Source: a bacterium (GTDB lineage Bacteria; Babelota; Babeliae; Babelales; JABGSX01). From it: a stretch of 62,226 bases of DNA. The translations under genes and the position numbers were made by a program. Shown here piece after piece: positions 1 to 10,797 of this stretch (positions within the stretch are counted from its first letter, which is position 1; each line of letters starts with the position of its first letter). The stretch spans positions 1-62,226 of the forward strand of contig JABGSX010000041.1 in NCBI GenBank assembly GCA_018647505.1, in the 5' to 3' direction. The notes beneath the pieces are model-generated. The model made no database searches. It had not been told where the DNA came from and saw only the letters and a list, made by a program, of their open reading frames with translations.

Positions 1-119
1 AGGATTTGGAAGAAATTGCAAAAATAAAGATGCAAGATCTTAATGCTAATACTATTGAGCAGGCGGTCAAAATTGTTGCAGGATCTGCTCGAAGCATGGG
101 CGTAGAGGTTACAGAATAA
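1..119 (+). CDS. rplK: 50S ribosomal protein L11, C-terminal fragment (5' end off-window)
   Basis: The frame starting at nt 3 reads [38 protein letters not shown]-stop (TAA 117-119), which is L11 C-terminus-like. It lies directly upstream of rplA, as in the canonical rplKAJL-rpoBC cluster. Confidence 0.8.
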   Translation, partial: DLEEIAKIKMQDLNANTIEQAVKIVAGSARSMGVEVTE

Positions 120-140
120 TTTGGATTGGGAAAATAAATC

Positions 141-833
141 ATGATCAGACGGAGTAAAAGTTATAAGAGTGCTCGAGAAAAGGTCAATAGGGCTGAGCTT
201 TCTGCATTGGATGGTGCTATAGAAAAAATCAAAGAGCTTGCATTTGTAAAGTTTGATGAGTCTCTAGATATTGACATTAATTTGGGTATTGATCCTTCCA
301 AAGGCGATCAGGTTGTCCGTGGGTCGGTTATGCTTCCTCATGGTACCGGAAAAAAAGTTAGAGTGCTGGTTTTTGCAAAGGGTGATCACGCAGAGCAGGC
401 TAGTTCTGCTGGGGCGGATTACGTTGGGGCAGAAGATTTGATTGAAAAGATTACATCAGGGTGGATGGATTTTGAGTACGCTGTGGCTACGCCGGACTTG
501 ATGGGCATAGTTGGAAAGGTTGCAAGGATTCTTGGTCCTAGGGGTCTTCTTCCAAATAAAAAAAATGGTACTGTGACGTTTGACGTGGACAAGATCGTTC
601 CCGAGTTAAAAAAGGGTTGTGTCTTTTTCAAAAATGATAAAGGCGGACTTGTTCATTTGTCTGTTGGAAAAATTTCTTTTGATAAAGCTCAGTTGGTAGA
701 AAATGTTACAGCGTTTTTTAAGTCGCTTGTTGCATCTCGGCCACCTGCGGCAAAGGGTAAGTTTGTTAAAAAGATGACGTTGTCTTCAACCATGGGTATT
801 GGTGTTCCAATAAACCATGAGGAGATTTTATAA
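141..833 (+). CDS. rplA: 50S ribosomal protein L1
   Basis: 230 aa with L1-like blocks (LGIDPSKGDQVVRGSVMLPHGTGK, LGPRGLLPNKKNGTVT). It sits between rplK and rplJ. Confidence 0.95.
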   Translation: MIRRSKSYKSAREKVNRAELSALDGAIEKIKELAFVKFDESLDIDINLGIDPSKGDQVVRGSVMLPHGTGKKVRVLVFAKGDHAEQASSAGADYVGAEDLIEKITSGWMDFEYAVATPDLMGIVGKVARILGPRGLLPNKKNGTVTFDVDKIVPELKKGCVFFKNDKGGLVHLSVGKISFDKAQLVENVTAFFKSLVASRPPAAKGKFVKKMTLSSTMGIGVPINHEEIL

Positions 834-858
834 AGTTGGGCTGTAAAAGGAATATACA

Positions 859-1383
859 ATGAATCGTCAAGAAAAAGAGGCTCTTGTAGAATCTCTTAGA
901 CAGAGCTTTTCAGAATGTCAGTCTTCTTTTGTTGTTTTATACCGTGGACTTTCGGTTCCAAAGGTGCAACAGCTGAGAAGAGGGTTAAGGGAAAAAAGTG
1001 GACTTTTAAAGATTGCAAAAGCGCGATTAATGAAGCTTGCTGTTGAGGGGTTAGACGGGGTTGAAGGTTTGACACCTTTTTTGAAAGATCAGATTGGGTT
1101 GGTTTTTGCCTCCGGTGACACTCCGGCAGTTGCAAAAGAGTTGTGTGGATTTGCAAAAAAGAATGAATCGTTTTCGATTTTAGCTTGTTCTTTTGAGTCG
1201 CAAGTTCTTGATAATGTAGCAATTTGTCAGTTGGCTACTTTGCCATCAAGAGAGGTTCTGTTGGGTCAGGTTGCTGGGCTTCTTAAGATGCCTACGACCC
1301 AGTTTGTGCAGTTGCTCAATATGCTTATTGTGCGATTGTTGTTTGTTTTGAAAAAAATAGAAGAAAAAAAGGCCGCGGAGTAA
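859..1383 (+). CDS. rplJ: 50S ribosomal protein L10
   Basis: 174 aa, L10-like (LRRGLREKSGLLKIAKARL). It occupies the canonical slot between rplA and rplL. Confidence 0.88.
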   Translation: MNRQEKEALVESLRQSFSECQSSFVVLYRGLSVPKVQQLRRGLREKSGLLKIAKARLMKLAVEGLDGVEGLTPFLKDQIGLVFASGDTPAVAKELCGFAKKNESFSILACSFESQVLDNVAICQLATLPSREVLLGQVAGLLKMPTTQFVQLLNMLIVRLLFVLKKIEEKKAAE

Positions 1384-1445
1384 TTTGAGCACACGTATTG
1401 TTTGTGGTTGTTGGAAAGTTTGAATTTACTATTGTTTAGATAGCT

Positions 1446-1853
1446 ATGGAGAAAGATATGGCGACTTCGAAAAACGCACAAGAGCAGTTGATTGAAAAAA
1501 TAGGTTCTATGACAGTTATGGAATTGTCAGATTTGGTAAAGGCCTTGGAAGAAAAGTTTGATGTGTCCGCGGCTATGCCGGTTGCTCAAGCTGCTGCACC
1601 AATGGCGGCAGAGGGTGAAGGGGCTGCTAAGGAGGAAGAAAAGTCTGAGTACAAAGTTACTCTAAAAGAGTGTGGTCCTGAAAAAATTAAGACCATTAAG
1701 GCTTTGCGCCAAGTTACAGCATTGAGCTTGACTGAGGCTAAAACAGCAGCGGAAGAAGCACCGACTGTTATTGCAGAAGCAGCAGCAAAAGAAGACGCAA
1801 ACAAGATGAAGGAGACGTTAGAAGCTGCTGGAGCAAAAGTAGAATTGTCTTAG
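1446..1853 (+). CDS. rplL: 50S ribosomal protein L7/L12
   Basis: 135 aa with an N-terminal dimerisation helix, an Ala/Glu-rich hinge (AAAPMAAEGEGAAKEEEK) and a conserved C-terminal domain (KIKTIKALRQVTALSLTEAKTAAE). ATG 1458 is an alternative start. Confidence 0.95.
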   Translation: MEKDMATSKNAQEQLIEKIGSMTVMELSDLVKALEEKFDVSAAMPVAQAAAPMAAEGEGAAKEEEKSEYKVTLKECGPEKIKTIKALRQVTALSLTEAKTAAEEAPTVIAEAAAKEDANKMKETLEAAGAKVELS

Positions 1854-1934
1854 TGCTTAAAGAGAGACGATAACTTTTGTTGGAAGCATTGTTTGGGATA
1901 GGGATTTTTATCTTTTCAGATAAGGAGCGCTTAA

Positions 1935-4900
1935 ATGTCTAGCCTTGAAGTGGGCAAGGGTACTATTAGAAAAACCTTTGGGAAAATTAAGGATGCTGTT
2001 CCTATTCCTAATCTGATTGGCATTCAATCGAGATCATTTAATGGGTTTGCTCAGTTGGATTATTTACCTTCTGAGCGTAGGATCTTTGGTCTTGAAAAAG
2101 TTTTGAGGGATGTTTTTCCCGTTGATTACAACGACGAAATGTCTCTTGAGTATGTCAGTTATGAGCTTGGGAATTGGGCATGTACTTGTGGAAAGTTGAC
2201 CGGAATTTCTAATCGGTATCAATGGTCGTGCTCCTCGTGTGAGAAGTCCGGAGTTACTCGTCTTAGTGATAATTTTGAGTGTCCGGGGTGTAAAAAGAAT
2301 GCAGCTCGCTATCAGAGGTGTTCAAACTGTTTGTCGAGGGTTGTTTTGCAGCTTCCGATGACGGTTGATGAATGTCGTGTTAGTGGGCAGACTTTCTCCA
2401 TGCCTCTCAAAGTAAAAATGCAGCTTATAAGTTGGGATTCGGACGACACTGAAAACAAAGTTATTAGGGACATCAAGGAACAAGATGTGTTCTTTGTAGA
2501 TCTTCCTGTCATGGCGGATGTCTTTGAAGAGAAGGGACGTTTTGAGCTTGGTAGTCAGGGTACTTTTCTAATAAACGGTGTTGACAGAGTTGTCGTTAGT
2601 CAGTTGCATCGTTCTCCGGGCGTTGTTTTTTCTAAGAGCAAAAAGGCAAAAGATGTTCGTGGAAGGCCGTATTATTTGGCTAGAATTATTCCTATGCGAG
2701 GCTCTTGGATAGATTTTGAGTTTGACAGTAGCGATCATCTTTGTGTTCGTGTTGACAAAAAAAAGAAAATTTTAGTTACAACTTTTTTGCAGGCCCTTGG
2801 TGTCAGTAGAGACGAAATCATTCCATTATTCTACAATTTTGATGTTGTAACTTTTTCAAGCGGCGAGTTTTCTAGAAAGGTTGATAATAATCTTTTGGGG
2901 CAACGAATTGAGCGTGGCATGGTCCCTGAAAAGCTGGAAGCGGCTTTTGTTGGAAAGAAGATTACAAAGGATACTATAGATCGATTGGAAAAGGCAGGAG
3001 TCAAAAAGTTTATCTTTAAAAAGGTTAAGCTAATAAACAGTGTTTTCGGAAAAGATGTTGTTGACCCCGACACGGGTGAGATTTTTGCAGAACAGGGGCA
3101 AGTTCTTACCGATGATCTTTTTGAAAAGTTTACAAAATTCAAAAAAATTACATTTGATCTTATTGCGTCATCAGGTTATGTGTTTCAGCCAACAATAGGA
3201 ATTACATTAACTCAGGATAAGTGCAGAACTCAGCAGGAGGCGTTAAAAGAGGTCCATTCAAAATTGTGGCCAGGAGAAACTGCATCGTTAGATGAGGTTA
3301 AAAATCGTTTGGCTGGATTATTTTTTAATCCACGATTTTATGATTTGACCAAAGTTGGCCGCGTTAGAATGAACAGAAAGCTTGGTCTTGAGGTTTCTTT
3401 AGAGACTACAGTATTAACCCAGGAAGACATTTTTGAAACATTGCGCTATCTGGTGAACTTGCGTGAGCGTGGAGAGGGTGAATTAGACGATATTGATCAT
3501 TTGGGAAATCGTAGGGTTAGAATTGTTGGAGAGTTACTCGCGAATCAGATTTACCTTGGTCTACTAAGGATTGAAAGGATTGTTCGTGAGCGTTTTAGAA
3601 TTCAGGAAATTCACGGTGCTCTAATGCCGCAAGATTTTTTGAATATTAAACCTCTCGCGGCGGTTTTGAGAGAATTTTTTGGTTCTGGGCAATTGTCTCA
3701 GTTTATGGATCAAACAAATCCTCTTTCAGAGATTGCGCATAAAAGGCGTCTTTCGGCCTTGGGTCCCGGTGGTGTGATGAAGGATCGCGCAACATACGAG
3801 ATTCGCGATGTCCACACGTCTCACTATGGTCGTATTTGTCCTATTGAAACTCCTGAAGGGCAAACTATTGGTCTTATTTCTTCGTTGGCAACATATGCAT
3901 TGGTCAATGATCTAGGGTTTATCGAAACAGCATATCGTCCGGTGAAAGATAAGAAAATTTTAGATGATGTTGTATTTTTGGATGCGTTCCAAGAAACTGG
4001 AGAATATATTGCTCAGGCCGTTGCTGCGTTTGACAGAAAAAAACTGGTAAACGAGAAAATTTTTGCTCGTTACGGAGGAAATTATCAATATGTTGAGCCA
4101 AAGAAAATAAGCTTTATCGATTTGTCTCCTAAACAGTTGGTTTCTGTTTCTTCAGCATTAATTCCATTTTTGGAGCATGATGATGCAAGTCGTGCGTTAA
4201 TGGGTGCAAATATGCAACGTCAGGCGGTTCCATTGATTAAATGTGAGCCAGCTATTGTTGCTACGGGAATAGAAAAAGACATTGCAGCTGCTTCTGGTGC
4301 TGTTGTTATGGCAAGAAGGGCTGGAACAGTAGAATATGTTTCCTCTGAAAAAATAATTGTTCGATCTCGCAGAGAGCTTTTTGAAAATGATGAAGAGTGG
4401 ACGTCTAATGGTATTGATACATATTATTTGAGAAAGTTCCAGCGGTCGAGTTATAATACGTGGATTCACCATTCTCCTAGGGTAGAAAGAGGTCAATGCG
4501 TTGAAGTTGGCGATATTTTGACAGATGGCCAGGCTATAAAAAATGAAGAACTAGCCTTGGGCTCAAACTTGCTCGTTGCGTTTATGCCTTGGCATGGTTA
4601 CAACTTTGAGGATGCAATTGTTTTGAGTAAGCGTCTTGTTGCTGATGATTCTTTGACTTCGGTTTACATAGATGAGTATATTGCAGAGGCGCGAGATACC
4701 AAACTTGGCCCTGAGGAAATCACAAGAGATATTCCAAATGTTAGCGAAATGGCTCTTTCTGGTCTTGATGAAGACGGTATTGTTCGTGTTGGAACACGAG
4801 TAAAACCTGGCGATATTCTAGTTGGAAAAGTCACGCTTAAGGGTGATATTCAATATTCGCCGGAAGAAAAGTTGCTTCGAGCTATTTTTGGTGAGAAGTC

Positions 4901-6257
4901 TAGAGACGTTCGCGATACATCTTTGAGGGTTTCTCCTGGTTTGGAGGGCACTATTATTGATGTTAAAATCTTCTCTCGTGGCGGAATTCGAAAAGATAGA
5001 CGGTATAAAGAGATTGCAGCACGAAAAATTTTGCAGATTGAAGGTGATTTTGAGTATCAAGTAACACTTCTAAAGAAGATGGGCGCAGAAGAAGTTGTTA
5101 AGCTTCTTGATGGAAAAGAAGCTGGCAAGAAAGTTCCTGCAAAGCTTGTAAAGGACAAAAAGTTTATTGTTAGTGCGCTCAAGGGGCTTTCGTTTGATGA
5201 GATTTGCTCTTTACGTGCCAGCAAAGACTTGTTGAATAAAACAATTGAGCATCTTAAAAAATCTATTGAAAACCAGGCAAGGATTTTGGCAAGTCTAAAA
5301 GATGAAAAAATCAACAAGTCCAAAAAGGGTGATCCGTTGCCATCTGGTGTTATCAAGGTCGTAAAAATATACATAGCGACAAAGCGTAGAGTTTCTGTTG
5401 GTGATAAAATCGCTGGTAGACACGGGAACAAGGGTGTTGTGTCAATTATCTTGCCATCTGAGGATATGCCGTACTTAGAGGACGGGACTCCTGTTGATAT
5501 TGTTTTAAATCCTCTTGGTGTTCCAAGTCGTATGAATGTTGGCCAAATAATGGAAACAACCCTAGGTTTTATTGGAAAAATCTTGGGCGAAAAAGTTTCT
5601 GAAAAAATTAATGAAAAAAGTCAAAAGGCGGCTGAGCATTTCTTGGAAAAATATTACGGAAAAGAGTTCATAGAGCATTATAGAAAGTCGTTTGGGCAAG
5701 AGGGGATTTCCAGGCTTCTCAAGGAAACGGCGAAATACGGAATTCGTTTTAATACTCCTGTGTTTGATGGTGCTAGCTATGATGGAGACGTTGTTCATAT
5801 GCTTAAAGATCTTGGATTACCTGAGTCTGGAGCATTTGCTTTGCGTGATGGCAGAACTGGCGAGTTTTTTGATCAGCCGGCAACGGTAGGATCAATTTAT
5901 ATGATGAAATTAAATCATATGGTTGAAGATAAGCTGCATGCTCGTTCAGTTGGACCATACTCATTGATTACTCAGCAGCCTTTAGGGGGTAAAGCTCAAT
6001 TGGGAGGACAGCGATTGGGAGAAATGGAAGTTTGGGCATTGGAGGCTCACGGCGCAGCCTATACGCTACAAGAAATGTTGACTCACAAGTCTGATGACGT
6101 AACGGGTCGACATAAGGTATATGAGGCTATTGTTAAGGGTGAAGAGGTTCCAGAACCAGGAATACCAGAATCGTTTAATGTTCTTATTAAAGAGCTTCAA
6201 AGTTTAGGGTTACAAGTGGACTTGTTCAAAAGTGGCAAGGAGGAAGTGAGTGAATAG
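1935..6257 (+). CDS. rpoB: DNA-directed RNA polymerase subunit beta
   Basis: 1440 aa with conserved beta blocks (GTFLINGVDRVVVSQLHRSPGVVF, NPLSEIAHKRRLSALGPGG, GDKIAGRHGNKGVVS, GGQRLGEMEVWALEAHGAAYTLQEML). It carries an extra Cys-rich segment (see findings). Confidence 0.98.
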   Translation: MSSLEVGKGTIRKTFGKIKDAVPIPNLIGIQSRSFNGFAQLDYLPSERRIFGLEKVLRDVFPVDYNDEMSLEYVSYELGNWACTCGKLTGISNRYQWSCSSCEKSGVTRLSDNFECPGCKKNAARYQRCSNCLSRVVLQLPMTVDECRVSGQTFSMPLKVKMQLISWDSDDTENKVIRDIKEQDVFFVDLPVMADVFEEKGRFELGSQGTFLINGVDRVVVSQLHRSPGVVFSKSKKAKDVRGRPYYLARIIPMRGSWIDFEFDSSDHLCVRVDKKKKILVTTFLQALGVSRDEIIPLFYNFDVVTFSSGEFSRKVDNNLLGQRIERGMVPEKLEAAFVGKKITKDTIDRLEKAGVKKFIFKKVKLINSVFGKDVVDPDTGEIFAEQGQVLTDDLFEKFTKFKKITFDLIASSGYVFQPTIGITLTQDKCRTQQEALKEVHSKLWPGETASLDEVKNRLAGLFFNPRFYDLTKVGRVRMNRKLGLEVSLETTVLTQEDIFETLRYLVNLRERGEGELDDIDHLGNRRVRIVGELLANQIYLGLLRIERIVRERFRIQEIHGALMPQDFLNIKPLAAVLREFFGSGQLSQFMDQTNPLSEIAHKRRLSALGPGGVMKDRATYEIRDVHTSHYGRICPIETPEGQTIGLISSLATYALVNDLGFIETAYRPVKDKKILDDVVFLDAFQETGEYIAQAVAAFDRKKLVNEKIFARYGGNYQYVEPKKISFIDLSPKQLVSVSSALIPFLEHDDASRALMGANMQRQAVPLIKCEPAIVATGIEKDIAAASGAVVMARRAGTVEYVSSEKIIVRSRRELFENDEEWTSNGIDTYYLRKFQRSSYNTWIHHSPRVERGQCVEVGDILTDGQAIKNEELALGSNLLVAFMPWHGYNFEDAIVLSKRLVADDSLTSVYIDEYIAEARDTKLGPEEITRDIPNVSEMALSGLDEDGIVRVGTRVKPGDILVGKVTLKGDIQYSPEEKLLRAIFGEKSRDVRDTSLRVSPGLEGTIIDVKIFSRGGIRKDRRYKEIAARKILQIEGDFEYQVTLLKKMGAEEVVKLLDGKEAGKKVPAKLVKDKKFIVSALKGLSFDEICSLRASKDLLNKTIEHLKKSIENQARILASLKDEKINKSKKGDPLPSGVIKVVKIYIATKRRVSVGDKIAGRHGNKGVVSIILPSEDMPYLEDGTPVDIVLNPLGVPSRMNVGQIMETTLGFIGKILGEKVSEKINEKSQKAAEHFLEKYYGKEFIEHYRKSFGQEGISRLLKETAKYGIRFNTPVFDGASYDGDVVHMLKDLGLPESGAFALRDGRTGEFFDQPATVGSIYMMKLNHMVEDKLHARSVGPYSLITQQPLGGKAQLGGQRLGEMEVWALEAHGAAYTLQEMLTHKSDDVTGRHKVYEAIVKGEEVPEPGIPESFNVLIKELQSLGLQVDLFKSGKEEVSE

Positions 6258-9200
6258 TCAAATGTTAGAGCGTTTTAAGGAGTATGTTAGGGCAACTCAA
6301 TTTGACGCCATCAGGCTTTCTCTGGCGGCTCCAGAAAAGATTCAATCTTTGTCTTATGGTGAAGTTAAGAAGATAGAGACGATTAACTACAGGACATTAA
6401 AGCCAGAAAGAGATGGATTCTTTTGTGCACGTATTTTTGGTCCAGTGAAGGACTGGGAGTGTAACTGCGGGAAATACAAACGTATGAAACACCGTGGGAT
6501 AACGTGTGAAAAGTGTGGGGTTGAGGTTATTCAATCTCGTGTTCGTCGTGAGAGAATGGGGCATATAAATCTTGTTGCGCCTGTTTGTCACATTTGGTAC
6601 CTAAAGGGTATTCCAAGCTATTTGGGTCTGATTATGGATATGCCCGTAAAAGACCTTGAGCGAGTTATTTATTTTGAATCGTGCTTGGTTGTGCACCAGG
6701 GTAAATCACCATATCCACGCAAAACGTTGTTGACAAACGTAGAATATGAAAACTATAAGAGTGTTCATCCAGAAGATATAGATTTTGTGGCAGAAAGTGG
6801 CGCAGAGTCTGTTCAAGAGATATTAAAGATGATGGATCTTGAACTTGAGATCGCTACGTTGCGAGAAGAATATAGTCAGACATCTTCTGTTGCGGCTCGT
6901 CACAAAATTATGCGCAGGATGAAGGTGTTTTCAAGCTTTCTCACAGGCAGCTTGAGGCCGGAATGGATCATCATGAACGTTCTTCCGGTTTTACCACCAG
7001 ATCTAAGGCCGCTTGTGCCGTTAGAGGGTGGACGATTTGCAAGTTCTGATTTGAATGAGTTGTATCGTCGTGTTCTTAATAGAAATATTCGACTTCAAAG
7101 GTTGGTAGAGATAGAGGCTCCTTCAGTTATCATAAAAAACGAAAAAAGAATGCTTCAAGAGGCTATAGATGCCTTAATAGATAACGGTAGAAGAGGGCAA
7201 GCTGTAAGAGGTTCGAATCGGAGACCGTTAAAATCTCTAAGCGAGATGCTTCGAGGAAAGCAGGGTAGATTTAGACAGAACTTGCTTGGGCGTCGTGTAG
7301 ATTACTCTGGTCGTTCTGTCATTGTTGTTGATCCTGAGCTAAAGCTTGACTGTTGTGGTTTGCCAAAGATTATGGCGTTAGAGCTATTTAAACCATATGT
7401 ATATTCTGGGCTTATAGCGTGTGAGCATGCTCCAAATTTAAGGGTTGCAAAGCGCCTTGTAGAAGAGCTTGTTCCAGAGGTTTGGGATATCCTTGAGGAC
7501 GTTGTTAAAGACCGTCCAGTTTTGCTTAATCGTGCGCCGACGTTGCACCGTCTTGGTATCCAGGCATTTTACCCAATTTTGGTTGATGGAAAGGCTATCA
7601 AAATTCATCCATTGGTTTGTTCTGCATTTAATGCTGATTTTGATGGTGACCAAATGGCGGTTCATATTCCTCTAAGTGAGAGGGCGCGACAAGAGTCAGA
7701 GCTTTTGATGCTATCGACTAAAAATATTTTATCTCCTTCAAATGGTCGGCCGTTGACGGTTCCTTCACAGGATATGGTTTTGGGGCTTCATTATGTTACC
7801 AAAGTCCGCCAAGGGGCAAAGGGAGAAGGGATCAAATTTTCTGGCCTTGATGAGGTTATTTCGGCGTTTCAGTTTGAGATAGCTGACTTGCATGCAAAAA
7901 TTAGTGTTCGCTTGGATGATGGTAGTTTGGTGGATACAACGGTTGGACGATCTATTTTGTATGAGAGTCTTCCAAAAGGATCGGATTTTCACTGGATTAA
8001 TAAGATCATCAAAAAGAGTGACCTGGTAAAGTTAGTTGAAAAAATTTATTATCGTTTTGGAGATGATAAAACTGTACTGTGTCTCGATAAGCTTAAAAAG
8101 CTTGGATTCTATTATTCCACTGTTGCAGGTCTTTCTGTTTCTATGGGTGATTTAATTGTTCCAGAAAAAAAAGACGATATTATTGGCAATGCTGATAAAG
8201 AAGTTTCTAAGGTTGAAGAATTGTATATGGATGGGGTCATTACCAATGGCGAGCGTTACAACAAGGTGATAAGCTTGTGGGGTAAGGCGACGTCCGATGT
8301 TGCTTCCTCTATGTACAGAGAGTTGGAAGAACAAGATAAAAGTGCTTTTTTGAACAAAGACAAGAAGTTTTCTCCTTTCAACCCAGTGTTTATGATGCTT
8401 GAATCCGGTGCTCGTGGTTCCAAAGATCAGATAAAGCAGATCGTTGGAATGCGTGGTTTGATGGCAAAACCATCGGGTGAAATTATGGAAACTCCAATTA
8501 AAAGAAACTTCAAGGACGGCTTGAGTGTTTTTGAATTTTTTATCTCCACACACGGGGCTAGAAAAGGTCAGGCTGACACGGCTTTAAAAACAGCTAACTC
8601 AGGATATCTTACTCGTAGACTGGTTGATGTTGCACAAGACGTTGTTGTAACAATGAAAGACTGCCAATCTTTAGGATTTATTAATATTGAAGATTTTTCT
8701 GTATCGGGTGATATTCTTTACTCGTTGCCACAGAGGGCGTATGGAAGAGCTATAGCTGTAGATGTTAAAGATCCTGTTTCTGGTGAAATTTTGTTCAAAC
8801 AGGGGCAGATTGTAAGTCGAGAAGATTTGAAAAAAATAAGCAATTCTGCGGTTACTAAAATTTCTGTAAGATCCGTTTTGACGTGTCAGGCAAAGCGTGG
8901 GGTATGCTCTGTTTGTTATGGTCTAGATCTGTCTAAAGGTGAAATGGTAGATGTTGGTACGGCGGTTGGTATTGTTGCGGCACAGTCTATTGGTGAACCA
9001 GGTACGCAGCTTACTATGAAAACATTCCATATCGGTGGTACTGCTGTTTTAGGTGAGAATTCTTGTGTTGCAAAGCAAGAGGGTATCATTGAGTGGCGTG
9101 GGATAAGAACTGCAAAAAATAGACACGGCCAAGATATAATTTTAAACAGAAAGGCAAGGCTAGCTATTGTTTCTCCTGATGGTAGAGAGTTGCAGCGATA

Positions 9201-10380
9201 TGATTTAGAATACGGCTCTATTATTTTGGTTGAGGACAAGAGCGAGGTCAAGGTTGGTAAGAAACTTGTCGAAGTTGATACGCACAATAAGGTTCTTCTT
9301 ACAGAAAAGGCCGGAACGGTTGAGTATGTTGACCTCATAGAGGGTGTGACGATGCAGGAAGTCTTCGAGGACGGAACCGGCAGAAGCTCTAGCAACGTTG
9401 TTCTTGAGCACAAGGGGGAAAAATATCAACCAGCAATAAGCGTTATAGGCGAAGATGGTAATGAGCTCGTTCAGTATTATCTACCCTCTGGTGGACACTT
9501 GGCTGTGGAAAATGGACAGAAAGTTCATGTTGGAGATAGCCTTGTAAAAACTCCCAGAGGACAGTCAAGAACGAAGGATATTACTGGTGGTTTGCCAAGA
9601 ATTGCGGAACTTTTTGAGGCTCGCATTCCAAAGGATGCAGCGGTAACTTCAGATATTGACGGCGAAATTGTTTTTGGTGGATTGCGACGGGGGATGAGAA
9701 AGGTTAGTGTTGTTTCTGGTGAAGAAAAGCATGATTACTTCCTTCCACGAGGGCAGCAGTTGTTGGTTGGCAACGGGGAAATGGTTAAAGCTGGAGAGCA
9801 ATTAACTTCAGGTTCACCTGTACTTAGTGATATGCTTCGTATTTTGGGTCCTGAGGTTGTACAGCGATATCTTGTTGATAGAATACAAGAGATTTATAGA
9901 TTGCAGGGTATCGACATCAATGACAGGCACATAGAATTGATTGCGCGACAAATGATGAGAAAGGTTCGTGTTGTTGACCAAGGTGATAGCTCTTTTCTTA
10001 TCGGAGATCTTGTCGATAAAGTTCACTTTAAAACTATTAACGCGATGCTTAAGGCTGAGGGTAAAAAGGTTGCGCATGCAAAGCCTGTTTTAATGGGAAT
10101 AACAATGGCTTCATTGGGGACAGAAAGCTTTATGTCGGCGGCGTCCTTCCAGGAAACCACGCGTATTTTGTCTGAGGCTTCAATTTCGGGTCAAGTTGAC
10201 TGTCTTTATGGATTAAAAGAGAATGTCATAATTGGTAAGCTTATTCCCGCTGGAACCGGGATCAGTTCGTTCAGGAAGAAATATCTTGGGGACGATCCTT
10301 CTGTTTTGGAGTCTGGCTTGCGGAAAAAAGAAGGTGAGGCTAGAGGTGGAGGAGGTTGGAATATAAAAAGTGGTGAATAG
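6250..10380 (+). CDS. rpoC: DNA-directed RNA polymerase subunit beta-prime
   Basis: 1376 aa with the N-terminal Zn finger [20 protein letters not shown] and the catalytic [19 protein letters not shown] at 6237-6243 lies 6 nt before GTG 6250. That start overlaps the rpoB stop (TAG 6255-6257). ATG 6262 is the alternative start. Confidence 0.97.
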   Translation: MNSQMLERFKEYVRATQFDAIRLSLAAPEKIQSLSYGEVKKIETINYRTLKPERDGFFCARIFGPVKDWECNCGKYKRMKHRGITCEKCGVEVIQSRVRRERMGHINLVAPVCHIWYLKGIPSYLGLIMDMPVKDLERVIYFESCLVVHQGKSPYPRKTLLTNVEYENYKSVHPEDIDFVAESGAESVQEILKMMDLELEIATLREEYSQTSSVAARHKIMRRMKVFSSFLTGSLRPEWIIMNVLPVLPPDLRPLVPLEGGRFASSDLNELYRRVLNRNIRLQRLVEIEAPSVIIKNEKRMLQEAIDALIDNGRRGQAVRGSNRRPLKSLSEMLRGKQGRFRQNLLGRRVDYSGRSVIVVDPELKLDCCGLPKIMALELFKPYVYSGLIACEHAPNLRVAKRLVEELVPEVWDILEDVVKDRPVLLNRAPTLHRLGIQAFYPILVDGKAIKIHPLVCSAFNADFDGDQMAVHIPLSERARQESELLMLSTKNILSPSNGRPLTVPSQDMVLGLHYVTKVRQGAKGEGIKFSGLDEVISAFQFEIADLHAKISVRLDDGSLVDTTVGRSILYESLPKGSDFHWINKIIKKSDLVKLVEKIYYRFGDDKTVLCLDKLKKLGFYYSTVAGLSVSMGDLIVPEKKDDIIGNADKEVSKVEELYMDGVITNGERYNKVISLWGKATSDVASSMYRELEEQDKSAFLNKDKKFSPFNPVFMMLESGARGSKDQIKQIVGMRGLMAKPSGEIMETPIKRNFKDGLSVFEFFISTHGARKGQADTALKTANSGYLTRRLVDVAQDVVVTMKDCQSLGFINIEDFSVSGDILYSLPQRAYGRAIAVDVKDPVSGEILFKQGQIVSREDLKKISNSAVTKISVRSVLTCQAKRGVCSVCYGLDLSKGEMVDVGTAVGIVAAQSIGEPGTQLTMKTFHIGGTAVLGENSCVAKQEGIIEWRGIRTAKNRHGQDIILNRKARLAIVSPDGRELQRYDLEYGSIILVEDKSEVKVGKKLVEVDTHNKVLLTEKAGTVEYVDLIEGVTMQEVFEDGTGRSSSNVVLEHKGEKYQPAISVIGEDGNELVQYYLPSGGHLAVENGQKVHVGDSLVKTPRGQSRTKDITGGLPRIAELFEARIPKDAAVTSDIDGEIVFGGLRRGMRKVSVVSGEEKHDYFLPRGQQLLVGNGEMVKAGEQLTSGSPVLSDMLRILGPEVVQRYLVDRIQEIYRLQGIDINDRHIELIARQMMRKVRVVDQGDSSFLIGDLVDKVHFKTINAMLKAEGKKVAHAKPVLMGITMASLGTESFMSAASFQETTRILSEASISGQVDCLYGLKENVIIGKLIPAGTGISSFRKKYLGDDPSVLESGLRKKEGEARGGGGWNIKSGE

Positions 10381-10453
10381 GCGCGTAGCTCAGTGGTAGA
10401 GCATTGCTTTGACGTAGCAAGGGTCAGCGGTTCGATCCCGCTCGTGCCTACCA
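10379..10453 (+). tRNA. tRNA-Val (anticodon GAC), CCA encoded
   Basis: Hand-folded cloverleaf. Acceptor stem is AGGCGCG/CGTGCCT (one G-U). D arm is GCTC-AGTGGTA-GAGC. Anticodon arm is TTGCT-TTGACGT-AGCAA, with GAC at 10411-10413. Variable loop is GGGTC. T arm is AGCGG-TTCGATC-CCGCT. Discriminator A is followed by CCA. The antisense ORF 10206..10454 (…GIEPLT…) is the usual tRNA artefact. Confidence 0.85.
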
Positions 10454-10499
10454 ATTTTTGAATGTAAGTGATATCGAAAAAAGCTGAAGGTTACTTGGT

Positions 10500-10766
10500 A
10501 TGATAAAGAAAGTAAGTAGAGAAAACATAGTTAAGAAATTTCAAATACACGACAGAGATACTGGTTCTCTGGATGTTCAGATTGCTTTGTTGACTGATCA
10601 CATTAGTCAACTTACAGTGCATATGCAAGAAAATCCAAAGGATTTTAGTACAAAAAGAGGATTGCTTAATAGTGTTGGAAGAAGAAAACGTTATTTGGCA
10701 TATCTCCAGAAAAAAGACGAGCCAAAGTATCGTGATATTATTTCGAAGCTTGGTTTGCGAAAATAA
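10500..10766 (+). CDS. rpsO: 30S ribosomal protein S15
   Basis: 88 aa, S15-like (GSLDVQIALLTDHISQLTVHMQENPKD, VGRRKRYLAYL). It is followed by pnp, as in the classic rpsO-pnp pair. Confidence 0.95.
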   Translation: MIKKVSRENIVKKFQIHDRDTGSLDVQIALLTDHISQLTVHMQENPKDFSTKRGLLNSVGRRKRYLAYLQKKDEPKYRDIISKLGLRK

Positions 10767-10797
10767 AATTGAATTTTAAATAGTTAGGTCTAATCGA

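Noticed and set aside
2312-10077. About two dozen 60-165-aa ORFs, antisense or out of frame, inside rpoB and rpoC (for example 8916..9413, 8152..8553).
   Set aside because: They are nested in strongly conserved genes, have no SD and have low-complexity or odd composition. They are typical shadow ORFs. The same applies to nested ORFs inside pnp, pcrA, fusA, murC and others.
10206-10454. An 82-aa minus-strand ORF (MVGTSGIEPLT…).
   Set aside because: It is the antisense translation of the tRNA-Val gene and the rpoC 3' end, which is a classic artefact.
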